Assembly: GCA_011109175.1 (NCBI GenBank)
Contig: RDEW01000002.1
Coordinates: forward strand, 568,224-632,223
DNA length: 64,000 bases
Direction of reading: 5' to 3'
DNA from: Dicyema japonicum
Taxonomy: Eukaryota > Animalia > Dicyemida
Shown: piece by piece, positions 25,430 through 37,010 of the stretch
How the letters are laid out: the number at the start of each line of letters is the position of its first letter
Position numbering within the stretch: the stretch's first letter is position 1
Notes under the pieces: generated by a model
The model's database searches: none
The model's input: the letters and a program-made list of their open reading frames with translations, nothing else
What the model was told of the DNA's origin: nothing
Made by a program: the position numbers and the translations under genes

Positions 25430-26800
25430 ATTTTAAATAAATAATTAGGCTCGATCGCCGCTTTTAATATTCTTGTGGATGGCAATCGGCCCTGAAGGCA
25501 ATAGTGTCATTTAGAGTGTCATTTCCCGAACTCCGCCTTGTCTGCCGCGTCTCAAGGTGAGTATTTCGCCGTCAGAAAAGGTTTGCACACATATGGCGTC
25601 CCAAAAGAGTGATTTACCATGAGAGTGTGATAATAATGACATCCCATCTAGCCTCTTCCCATTGTCTCTGTCCAAGCCTAAAATTCCAGTTGAATCGGAA
25701 ACACTGCACTCTTAGGCCCGATAATCTTTTTGGTAAAGATGACCATTCTATTGGGATTAAAAATCCTGCTCCTGTTGCAGGTGTGTAAGCGAACGTTCCT
25801 TTATGAGTGGAAAATTGGGAATTGAATAGTTTTCTTACTGGGAAACTTTCGGGAAAGCTAACATCTACGGTTTGTAAAAAGGGAGTCAAATTACCATTAG
25901 TGAAAGTCGTAATGTCTGACAGACGAGAAGCTCAGCTCAATCTCTTGTTAGATTGGGGGTAAATATTGGTATTTCTGTCATAAGTGCCGAGTGGTATAGG
26001 AAACCAGATATCTAATGTTACAGATGACAAAATTTCAGACACATAACTCGTCTGTGTAAAGGTCGAGCTAAGTAATTGCTGTGTTCAGGTCCCCACTCTA
26101 AGGAAGAATGTAAAGTTTGTGTGACTGAAGTAAAAAGATGTGTGAACTGTGGTTCTATAGATCATTTAGCTAATAATTGAAATTTCTCAGTGGCAATCGA
26201 AGCCAGAAGACGTAAGAAAACAAAATATTTATGAAAAATGATTAAAAACTGTCCCTGAAAAGGAGAATTACAAAAATGGTGAAATAAGTCCCGGTCAGAA
26301 TGTACTGTCTGGTAGTGGAAAAAGTTGATGGAGAAATGGTTAAAATTAGCATACAGACAAGTGGGTTAATGAGTAGTGCGTCTGATTATATTGTTAATAG
26401 TGATAGAATTTCTTGTGTTAATGTCTGTAGTCGGTTGGAGGAAAGAATGATGAATTGTGTCAAAAACAAGAAAGATACCAGTTTATTCTTGGTCTGGTGA
26501 TGTTCTTAAAATAAGAAATTATCCATTTGTTAAGTCTGAATCAACCAAGATCAACATGGCTAATGAAAGCAGGCTTAAAGCTGATTGTTCTTATCAGCAA
26601 AGTATGTATGAATGTCCTATTAATTAATGTAACAAAAATGAAGAAAACGGGAATAATAAATATTCTTGGTTATAGTTCTGTTGACACTCCATATGAAATT
26701 GGGGGTAGATTGGAAATATTTATTATGCCGAAAAATCTGTTATTTTTGTGATTTAAAATACATGGAAGATGATATAATGAGTGATCATCTTCCTCAAAAA
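25430..26800 (+). mobile_element. 5' part of a Jockey/I-like LINE: ORF1 with three CCHC knuckles, then APE start; copy 1
   Basis: AEWYRKPDI.CYR.QNFRHITRLCK..CSGPHSKEECKV..CVNCGSIDHLANN. Closely similar copy at 42880-43800. Confidence 0.75.
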
Positions 26801-27450
26801 TAGAGTTAACGGGCATGAATGTTCTTATGCATGAGTTGTTTAAACTGTGCTAATCCTGATGGGGGTTCCTGTTTATCAATAGCGAACTTGTAAAAAATAG
26901 GAAAAACTCATATCGTGTCCTATAAACAATTACCAATTGTCGAAAAACCTCGCCAGCTAACCACCTACACTCGGAATTCAAAAATTCCATGCCTACTTTC
27001 CTCCTACGGTTTGTCATGAAATTTTTGATTAATGCCTACTTTCCTCCTACGGTTTGTCATGAAATCTTTGATTAATCTTAATAAAATTGGGTTTCTTCCC
27101 ATATCTTAAGAGGGATTCAAGATATTATCCGACTTCCTGCCAAGGGGATGTCATGGATACTGCCATTTAAGATTATGTCAAGTGATCGACGCAAAGTTTA
27201 GTGTTTTCCATAAAAGCAACATAGGCGTCCGTTTCGGGTATCGCAATAAGAATCTGAAACATCGGTTCTGTTTGACCTCAAATTTGATCTGCACCAATAG
27301 CGAGAGTGGCAAGAGCGGAGCGAAAGTGGAAAGATTAAAAATATTAACATTTTATCACTTAAACATTCGCACCTGTTTTTAAAAATATTAAAATATTTAT
27401 TTTTTATAAATCTATTAAATAATTCAAATTTGCTATCACCATAAACAACA

Positions 27451-28731
27451 ATGCTAAAGGACTCAATCATTTCACTTGTTGGGATTATTACAACTCCTTT
27501 GATTGTCTTTTATTTAAATGTTAACTGTACTATGGTTATCATTTCTTATTAATTGTAGACTGATTGCTCCATTATACCTTCATATTCCCAATTTATTGCT
27601 TATTTTAATGAGATGCTGAAAATTAAAGGATTCTTAATTTATTGGGTGTGGTTTTCATTCCAGGCAATTCTCAGTCTTCTTCCTGTTGGACCCACGTGTT
27701 ATGGTCTTCTACTCGCCGACAAATCTCGTCTCTCATACAGGTGTAATGGTGAGTTTTGAATCATCAATCAGGGTTGTACTCTTTGGGGATTACTTTAATG
27801 TTGTTTTGTGCACTTGAACTGGCCGACTTTCCCTTTGAAGTTGTCCTCGCTTACTTTCCGTCCGTTTTGTTTGCAAGTTTTGTTACCTCTTTCGGCATTT
27901 CTTTGCTCTGCTGTCTCAAAAATTCTACTAAGAAAGATTTCTTTACTGGATTTTGGGAGGGTGTTGTTCTCAATCCCCGAATTAATCAGTTTGATGTCAA
28001 ATTCTTCTGCGAATTAAGACCGGGACTCATAGGTTGGTTGGTCCTCGACCTCATCTTTGTTCACGTGTCGTGGAATTCGTCCTTAAATATTCCATTAATC
28101 ATGATCACTTTATTCACATGCTGTACGTTACAGATTCACTGTTTTTTGAGGTATCATTTTTTTCTAAATTTAGTCACGTGTTTTGACCACAATGGACATC
28201 ACTACAGAGAACTTTGGGTTCATGCTTGCTTTTGGTGACCTCACATGGGTGCCCTTTACATACACGATCTCTGCTCGATACGCCCTGGAGCATCCAGTGA
28301 GCATATCTACTGCAGGAATGATTACAAGTGTTGTTCTCACTTTGATCGGCTATGTCATATTTCGAATGTCCAATTCACAGAAGCACACATTTCCGTACTG
28401 ATAGAAAGAGGATGAAGACAGTGAGGGTTATTGAGACTTTCATTCCTGGGAAAGAGATCATGATTTCTGGATGGTGGGGGATGTGTCGTCATCCCAACTA
28501 TTTGGGTGATTTGATTATGGCTTACACGTGGTCTTCTGTAACTGGTTTGAATTGATAATATTTGTAGGGTTTGATTGTGTTCTTCCTTACTTTTATCCTC
28601 TCTTTTTAACTGTTCTGCTGATCCACCGCTTCAAACGTGATGAAAATAATTGCAGACAAAAATATGGTGACAAAGTATGGGATTATTACTGTTGGATTGT
28701 CCCCCACAGAATTGTTCCTTTTATTTACTAG
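27451..28731 (+). CDS. TM7SF2: Delta14-sterol reductase (TM7SF2/LBR/ERG24 family), no Tudor domain; 4 introns of 23-24 nt; two 1-nt indels
   Basis: Motifs [95 protein letters not shown] and [31 protein letters not shown]. Confidence 0.9.
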
Positions 28732-28879
28732 TTTATTATTTGTATGTTTTTGTCTATTGGTGTTATAATCTCTCTTTTATATACGTTCAAGTTGATCTTA
28801 AGTTTTGAGCTAGACGCATTTATTCAGTAGCCCCTAATATACCAGAAAGAGAAAAAATACTGGAAAGAGGTTAGTAATT

Positions 28880-29830
28880 AATTAACGTCTAATCAGGATA
28901 TATCCAGTTCCCACGATCGGAGAAGAAGCGTTCTTTCTGAGCAAAAAGTAAATCCATATCCACCATTGTGGCTAATCGGTTGAAAAAATAATGAAGGGGG
29001 TTTCAGATCATTTCTCAACTAGAACAACTAGTTATCCTCAATGACAAAAAATCACACACTTGGACAGCTATCAGAGCCAGAAACTCCAATACATCTCCAA
29101 ACCTCACTTTATGTTCTCCATCGCTATCTTCGGCGATATCATGGAAAGTTATATATAAGCTTAGCTCTGACCACAATTCAATTATTCAAGTCAGCCGAAC
29201 TACTCTCGCCTACTGGATGTCTCAGATCAATCTCTAATGATCATCTTTACTGGGAATCAAAGATCCTTCCAATTGGAGACCATTTGGAAATGAGAGCACT
29301 GCAGATCCTCCCCTAAGCCTACAACCCAGATCATCCTTGTCACTCTCTATTCAAACCATAAAACAAAAGAAAAACCAGTAACCTGTCTCGAATGCTATCA
29401 TACATCCCTATAGCCGCAATTACCGGAATCGTCTGAAACAAATACACGATTTTGTATATACTAAAACCATCTTGATGAGTCGATAACAACAAAATATTAA
29501 ACCGGCCACCTCCTCCAATGGACCAATCAGAATCTTCTCTTCTGAGAGACATCAGGGTAAACCTGGCTCGTCTACGATGTGGGCACCACACATCTCTACC
29601 GACGAACGAATTCCTCTGTCCCTTATGCAACCTCTATGAGAGAGATAGATAGGAGACAACAAATCAGCTATTAAATATCATAAAAAAGCAAAATGTTCGT
29701 CTACAATGCCAAAACTGACCGATCTATGGGAGCGACCGGAATATACTGCGTCTCATTTAATAGCTGCTGGCCTCCTACAAGTTATTGAAACCGGGGTTAC
29801 TTAACTGACTAAATAAAGCGGAGAACCCAA
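28880..29830 (+). mobile_element. Non-LTR family A 3' portion with C-terminal Cys/His motif and terminus
   Basis: RVNLARLRCGHH..CPLC. The terminus gctgctggcctcctacaag..ccggggttacttaact is shared with 44000-44045 and with 57250-57290 (minus strand). Confidence 0.7.
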
Positions 29831-29940
29831 CCAACCGTGGTAATAAATTAATTAATTGATGGCGATTTAGATTGTTAATGAGAATCTAATATTTTATAAT
29901 GACTAAATATTAGTTATTTTATTTAAGGAATCTATAAACT

Positions 29941-30241
29941 TGGTTAATTGGTTGAAGTTTTCTGCTAGCTTGTCTCTTCTTCTCTCTTCCTATTAGACTG
30001 GCGTCATGTGATCCACCTGTCTAGGTGTCGCCCAGTGCCAGGCCGGCACCAAAAAGGATCATTTGCTCTCCCTCACTCCACTGGAGGGGTTTCCACAACT
30101 GCATGTAATGGACGTCTTACCTTTTATGCTGATTCCGGATGGACTCTGTTTCTGTAGAAGTGGAAACTGGATACACTTAATTAGTTGTTTACTTTAACTT
30201 CAATCTCGGTGTATCCGGGGTTAATAAATTAAATTAAATTA
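29941..30241 (+). mobile_element. Short LINE insertion with TSD ataaact just downstream of the ShKT gene
   Basis: The insert is absent from the paralogous locus (44155-44162, single ataaact). Its sequence is homologous to 20000-20150. Confidence 0.7.
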
Positions 30242-30273
30242 ATAAACTGATGTTAGTAATGTTAGTTTATCAA

Positions 30274-31106
30274 TTAGCAGACGTCGCAACTCTTTCTGCA
30301 TCTGTGCATCCACGAGTTTGAACACTTTTTCCCTTTAACTGATTTACAATAATCTGCATAGTCCTCGCATACTTCAATTTATTTTGCTAATTACCATCAC
30401 AACTTCCACACGTCTTTTTGCATGTCATTAATCTTGCCACGTGGTCAGTGTTGCAGTCAATTTTTCCGCAGTATTCAGCAGTTGCATAATCAGTGCATTC
30501 TAAAATATGCCATTAATCCACCATGGACATCTCCCCCATTATCAGTCCCGGCACAATCGTTACAACTTTTTTTACAGTACTTACGAACACTTTCTACAAT
30601 TTTGCAATGTCCCATTTCTGCCCAATCATGACATGAAGAGTGGTCATCATTACATTCTATATTATAAATACGTTATTTACTTAAATCGTAATCATCGTCG
30701 ATTTTATTTTTCGGCGTTGTATCTTCCTTTATTACATTCTTTTCTTCATCATCCCCTGGCTTTTCATCTTCGTTTACTTCATCGTCATTGTCCTCATCCA
30801 CTTCCAAATCATTTTCATCCTTGCTAACTTCATCGTCTTTGTCATCATCCGCACCCAAATCATCATCCTCTTCTGCTGTCAATGCATCATCTGAATCGTC
30901 ATCCATCTTGTAGTCTGAACTACCTTCTTCACCGCTTTCAAATTCTTCAAAGCCTTCTCCCGGTACATCATCATATTCAGCATCATCTCCAATTCATCAG
31001 GAATACCTTTACAATTTAGTAATAAACCTACTTTTTGCATATCCAACATTGAATAATGCCTAAAATAATAAGTAACAACTACCAGTAATATAAAAGCAGT
31101 AATCAT
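30274..31106 (-). CDS. Secreted acidic protein with three ShKT (ShK toxin-like) domains, about 240 aa, 6 exons
   Basis: Five GT-AG introns of 23/25/24/22/23 nt. Translation: MITAFILL|ALFNVGYAK|SIPDELEDDAEYDD..(about 110 aa D/E-rich)..DDDYDL|KCNDDHSSCHDWAEMGHCKIVESVRKYCKKSCNDC..GGDVH|ECTDYATAEYCGKIDCNTDHVARLMTCKKTCGSCD|VCEDYADYCKSVKGKKCSNSWMHRCRKSCDVC*. Two 1-nt homopolymer corrections are guided by the paralog. Confidence 0.85.
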
Positions 31107-32414
31107 CAGTACTTCAATAACAAATAATATTATATATCATAAATATACCATATGTTATTCATTGGTTAATTATTAACAAATGGTGTATACAATATGTAAC
31201 AGGTATTACGTCAATCAAAATTTTCTAATATAACTGATATTATACGAAAAATAGCCCATTCTAGTTAAAGGGTACCTATTACTGAAAAGACTAGATCTGA
31301 AGGTCTGACAATAATTCAAACCTAAATAGTGAAATTAACCTAGTCATATCACATCTACTCCAGTTTCTTAACTTTGTGATTTTTTAATAGAAAGTTCTAT
31401 AATTCTAATTTTATCACCTTTGATACATAGATAAAAGGCTAACAATTAGCACTAATTTGTATTTAGTTCCCATGACCACAGATGTATAGAGACAAGTTCT
31501 TCAAGAACTCTAGTTAATCCAGAATCATAAGAAGAATAGAAAACGTTTAGTATTAGCAAGTTGTAAGAACCTATATGAAGAATAGAATGGGTAATAGAAA
31601 ATGATCATTTTGGTGCCATCCATGGAATGAGACATGACACAATAACAGAACGAGAAAAAACAGAGAAGACTTAGAACAAGTAACTAATGAACAATTATTA
31701 ATAATAGAAAATGGGATTAATTTGACATCCTAACTATTAAGTTACCTGATAAGCTCTATAAGACCCAAGCACATTTTTGTGATTTACAATTACTAAAATC
31801 GAAAAATGGGATTAATTTGAATTATAGTCAAGGTCTGTTATTGAGAACGCATTCCTTCTAACTATTTGCATGAAACTACGCTCAATTGGACATCCCTCTT
31901 CTCGGCTGCCCCCTACTTTTTGTTATCAACACTCTTCGGCATGTAGGGAGGAAAGCGATTATTATTGAAACTTAAGTTATGTCATAGGACGTAATAAAGA
32001 TGTGAACCACGGAAAGTCAAATTCTAGTTAGATTCTTTCATTTTTTCACGACAATTTGTCATGTCCTGTAGCCCGTCTAGGTCCTTTCATTCTAAAGACG
32101 CTTCCAATTTTCTTAAGGTGTCCATGAAGAACAGATGTAGGATTTACTTGGTCGATCAATAATACGCGGAACGCAAAGAATAAATTACTCCCTAGTTGCT
32201 ACGTTTTGCGAGGGTCCCCAGGTCGAGACGAAGTATATGTCCAAACGGCTTCCATCTTGCCTCCATTATTTTACGAGAAATCGATGTGCTCCTCGTTATC
32301 TTATAAAAATGTCGGACGGCAGTCTGAAGTGGTTCGAGGGTAAAAAGATATGCCGACGATGATTTTTGAGAAAGGAGTTCAGTTTCATTGCTTCTGTCTT
32401 GTGCAAGCCAAGTA

Positions 32415-34980
32415 TAGTCCGACCTCTAATTGGGGAACTTAATGCATCAAAATCAGAGGTTTCCCCACAACATAAGTTTTCCATATAGCTCGATAAATAA
32501 CAAAAAGAATATTATTTTTTAAGTAATCAGTTATTTTCTCCCATATTTATATTTATTCCTACTGACACTTTCTTTCTGAATTCATAAAAATCACGAAGAT
32601 AGTCTGGAATCAAATCAAAAATGTTAACCTCTAGGTTTTCCATCAAACTTAAAGTTTTTGATATTTATGTTCACAGTCTATATCCTCATAGAGATATTAA
32701 TCATAATTTCTTCAATTTCATCAAAACATTCATCAATAGCATTATTAACTATTTCTTCAGATGATTCATTTTTAATTTAGATAGAGATTGTCGAAAAAAT
32801 TTTTGTCAGCAGTTAAAATAATTTCAGCAGATACATTATTCCATGCAGATTATTGTTACCACTTTCTGCAAATTTAACTTAGAGATTCGATAAACATATT
32901 CGTCTTGAAAATATAAGAAATCGACTATTCAGTTTAAATAATTATCTTTGAAATTTTTAATGATTCTCATCAATGGTTGATGAAATTTCAAGAGAAAAAA
33001 TTTTGAAACATCTAGGATTTCTTCATTTTCCGATTATTAATGGTTCGAATTTTTCTCCAGTGTAGCTAAATCATAGATGGAGAGTAACTCTATCTTTACT
33101 CCGTTTAAAGCCACGCGCTGATTCACCAGTTTGAATTTCTCTTACAATCCATTTTAAGCTTTAAAATTGTTTCTCAAAAAAAATAGTGAAATTTTTTAGA
33201 GTTCACGAAATTGGAACATTCTGTTCCTTAAACGCTAAAATATCCATGACTTTTTATCCAATCTGTTTTTATAGAGATACAAATATTTATCAACTATTTG
33301 AACTTGAATAAAGGAATCCTCTTTCGATAAATGGTATATATTTTTATATGAAAAATAGATCCCTTGCTTGTATTGTACATGATAGATAAGCTCTTTTCAG
33401 AATGTTCTTTTAAAGAGATGATCTGCAATCTTCAATTTTGTGACTTTTATGACAAAAAAATTAAATTTATTTTTAAAATCGGTTAAATAAAATCATTTAA
33501 TTAAAAAAACTAGGGATTTTACATAATATATGGACGATCATAACTTTCCGAAGAGTTATCTTACTATTATTAACGCATATGCCCACATAGTGGATGGATC
33601 AATAAGATACCTAAAGAGATTGGCGACTTTTATGCTAATCTGTCTGGTGTTTATTCTGATTATGAAATTTGCACATTAATATTGATTGCCGGTGATCTTA
33701 ATACAAAAGTTGGAAATCGAATCACTATAGAAGAATCATTCATTGGAAGACATGGAAGGGGAAAAAGGAACATTGCAGGAACCTTTTAGCTAGCTTTTGT
33801 CAAGCAATTAACCTATTCATTTGTAACACGGTCTTTATGCGCTCGGCAAGACACAAAACAACTGGTCAGGCAATAGAACAAAGTCTGACGGAAGCATTGC
33901 GAAAATCTACAATCAAATAGACTACATTATTTGCAGACAAAAAGACCGCAGTATTGTCACTAATGCTCGTGCTTATAGAGGGTTTATAATTGACAGCGAT
34001 CACAAGATGGTTATTTCCAAAATGTCCTTAAAGAAACCTATGGGTTTGCAAGAAATGAAAAGAAAGTGCAATGGACACATGGAACTTCGGAGGAAGGGAT
34101 ACGTTATAGACCATCTAAAGAACAATACTATCCAGGGAGAGGAATTCAGAAAATACCTAAATGAGGATTGGAAGAAATATCAGTAGATTTGACACCGCAA
34201 ATTGCGTGGATTTTGGTCAAACAGAAGATCATGATTGCTGCGGATATATATCTAAAAGAAGACTACGTAACTAATACACCCACTGAAGAAATAACCGGTT
34301 TGAAATTACTTTCTAATTAACAAAAGGTGATATGGATACAATGTCTAATAATTTTCTCGTCAAGAATTTTAAAAAACTCATTGATGTAAGTCAATTCACA
34401 TGAATTTTTTTCTCCACAAATTGATTTGAAATTAAGTTCATGTCGCTTTTAAATCTGTCAAGCCAGCCGTTTGAAGCTTTGAAAGTATCAAATCCAATTT
34501 TTGAAGCCGTATGTAAGTATCAAATCCAATTTTGAAGCCGTATGTAAGTATCAAATCCAATTTTTGAAGCCGTATAATTTCTCACAATAAGGCATAAGAT
34601 CCTCATCCTTGTTCAAGAAAAGGTACAATTGTTTTTTTTATTCGCGAAATTATGCCTTTACTAGTTTTGTATTTTTTACTATCTGTCTTTCAGATAATTT
34701 TTTTTTCAATATCAATTTAGTAATCGTTAATTTTGTTTCGTAGTTAATAACCATTCAAAACAAAAAATGTAGATAAACGTGTAAATTAAAATTATATATT
34801 TATTAATAAAATATAATTTTATTTACATATAATTTCATTCCCCACAATTTTATAGTGCCCCAAATTTCCATATTTTTTATCGATTTTCCATTTTACTCTG
34901 CCAAAATGTTGGCCAAAAAAAATGCCCCAAAATCCGAGGGTGCCTCACCCCTGGGGTCTGCCCAATTCGGGGTCGGACTG
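32415..34980 (-). mobile_element. Tigger/pogo transposon interrupted by an RTE fragment
   Basis: Ends TA|tagtccgacctctaattgggg and cccaattcggggtcggactg|TA. Motifs FKASNGWLDRFK, GESARGFKRSKDRVTL and KPLIIGK.RNPRCFK. Internal 32-33-bp triplication at 34484-34575. Confidence 0.75.
33500..34370 (+). mobile_element. RTE-clade APE endonuclease fragment
   Basis: LIAGDLNTKVG..FIGRHGRGKRN..LFICNTVF..RHKTTW..YNQIDYIICRQK..IDSDHKMV. Confidence 0.85.
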
Positions 34981-34982
34981 TA

Positions 34983-35400
34983 TTATTATTATTACCCCCA
35001 GAATCACTGGGTCAAAGAGAAAGAAATAAAAGTTCTCATCTAACTAAGTGATCCAGACCGACAAAGGTGAGGACGAGTCCGGCGGGGTCAAGAATCTTGA
35101 ACAGCTCTTCTCATAGGACATGGCATCGGCTCACAATTTCTGTATGATTGTAGATAATTCGATAGTATTTGGAATAGAGGGCAGCTCGGTAGAACAGCCT
35201 TTTTTAAGTTTCGTTGTAGTTCAATTAAAAAATTTTCAATAGGTTGGATATTGTGATCTGGTCCAATTAACCTTATGCAGTCTCCTCGATTGCAGATAAC
35301 TTCAATGTGGAAGATCGTGACATTTGCATTGCCCATGAAGGACTTGCATACGTCATCGTTGGTCGGATAATTGTTTGTAAATCGTGGCAAGGATCCCAGT
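34983..35400 (-). mobile_element. LINE family B 3' end with (TAA)n tail
   Basis: Homologous to 45345-45690 (minus) and 23020-23110 (plus); terminus gacccagtgattctgggggtaataataat. Confidence 0.75.
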
Positions 35401-37010
35401 TTGATCTCTAAATGTTTTTGAGAGCACTTTTAAAATTCTCATTTTTTCAGAGCAGAAGTTACTCTGTTTTCAACATGCCGGATAAAGGTGAGTCCCTGAT
35501 CAAAGGTTACTCCCAGAATCTTCAATGTTTTGCTAATAGAGATAGCTTCGTTCTTCATAAAGACTTTTGGTTCTATACAGAGCTGTCTCTTGTAGGTGGT
35601 AAACATTGTGACAAAGGACTTTGTTGCTGATGTGTCGAGTCTCCTGTCCGAAAGCCATAGTTCGAGCTTGTCAGCATTTGTTGAGCCAACTGAGTCGCTG
35701 ATTGAATGTTTCTGTCCTTGGAGGCAAGAATGATATCGTCGGCATAGGAGAGGATTAGACAGTTTTCATTACAGGTTTGTGGCATGTCGTTTATGTAGAG
35801 ATTGAAGAGTTGGGGTGATAGTGGGAGCCTTGAGGGACTCCATTTGGGAAATAGCGAGATCTTGATTTGATGTTGTTGCAGAGTACTTGTGCTCGTCTTC
35901 CATTTAGGAAGTTTCCAAGCCAAAGTTTCAGGTTCGGATGGATGTTGGTTTCATATATTTTCTTTGTTAGAGTTTCCTAGGGACTGAGTCGAACGCTTTT
36001 GTGATGTCCACGGATATAAGTACAGTCCTCTGATGGGGTTTGGGGGAGTTAAATCCTTCCGCAATGAATTGTGTGAGGGTTGTAAGGTGTGTTGTCGTCG
36101 AATGGTTGTCCCGGAATCCGTGCTGGGTCGGAGGTATTGAGATTGAGTCTTGTATTTTTTCCAAAACAAGCCTTTCAAGGATCCTTGAGACCGGACTTAG
36201 AATAGATATTGGGCGATAGGAAAATGGTTCGGTTGTAGGAAAAAAAGTCAAGTGGAAAAAAGGTCAAGCGGAAAAAAAGTCGTCTTTTTTAGTTTATATC
36301 GCATTTTTGTGATACTTCTAGCATCTTTTAATTTTTAAAAATTTTTTCAATACTTGACTTTTTTTCCGCTTGACTTTTTTTCCATTTTTGAAAATTTTTC
36401 CCTTATAAATTTTCGAAATTTAGCGCAAAACTGAAAAAAAGTCAAGTCCGTTAACGAAATTACGGACTTGCATTTTATAATTGTAGCTTCTTTGAATTTT
36501 ATTGACTTCTTTGAATTTTATTGGCAGGAACTCAGTGGTGGGAGATATACGTTGACAATTGTTATTGATAGTCTTGGGAATCGTATTTTGGTAACCAAAA
36601 GTTCGAGATTTCCATATCCTTTAAGCATAGTGTAAGCACTGTTGGTTATGTCCTCAAACGGAATGCCGTTGCGAATAACTGTGAGAAGACCCCCACCAAG
36701 TTTGCCAATTCTGTCACGGCGAATTACTGTGAATCCCGGAAATACTGGTGTTGAATTCTTTGGAGAAAGTTTAGATTCTTGAACAGATCAATGTGATTTT
36801 CTTTCACAAATGTCTGAAGTTCGAGTATTTTGTTCTTGATTCCATTTATATTCAGTTGGACTATTCTGGCTGGTCCAGAGTTTGCTTCAACGTCCCCGCA
36901 GCGGCGCAGGCCTTTCTTATTGGTCCACCCGTGAAGATAGGGGAAAGTGTGGTTCTTTTTTTCAAATGCCACCACGTCGTCGGCGAGCCACATGACATTT
37001 TTGATTGACT
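35400..37010 (-). mobile_element. Non-LTR family A element: 2A-like peptide + APE (36560-36993) and RT (35412-36230), interrupted by a MULE TIR
   Basis: GLRRCGDVEANSGP|ARIVQLNINGIKNKILEL. RT motifs YRPISILSPV, QHGFRDNHST, SVDITKAFDSV and LSPQLFNLYINDM..YADDI. Confidence 0.85.
36231..36470 (+). mobile_element. Solo terminal inverted repeat of the MULE at 50175-52787
   Basis: Begins GGTTGTAGGAAAAAAAGTCAAG, the reverse complement of the MULE right end, and continues through the GGAAAAAAAGTCAAG subrepeats. Confidence 0.85.

Larger units (their letters stand above)
29640..31600. repeat. Segmental duplication block, partner at about 43850-46150 (same orientation)
   Basis: Both blocks share the LINE 3' end, the ShKT gene and upstream sequence (31330-31600 vs 45930-46150), and each copy carries its own insertions. 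Confidence 0.8.

Noticed and set aside
26988-27066. 44-bp-period direct repeat (atgcctactttcctcctacggtttgtcatgaaat x2)
   Set aside because: A local slippage duplication inside a decayed LINE remnant; no further copies.
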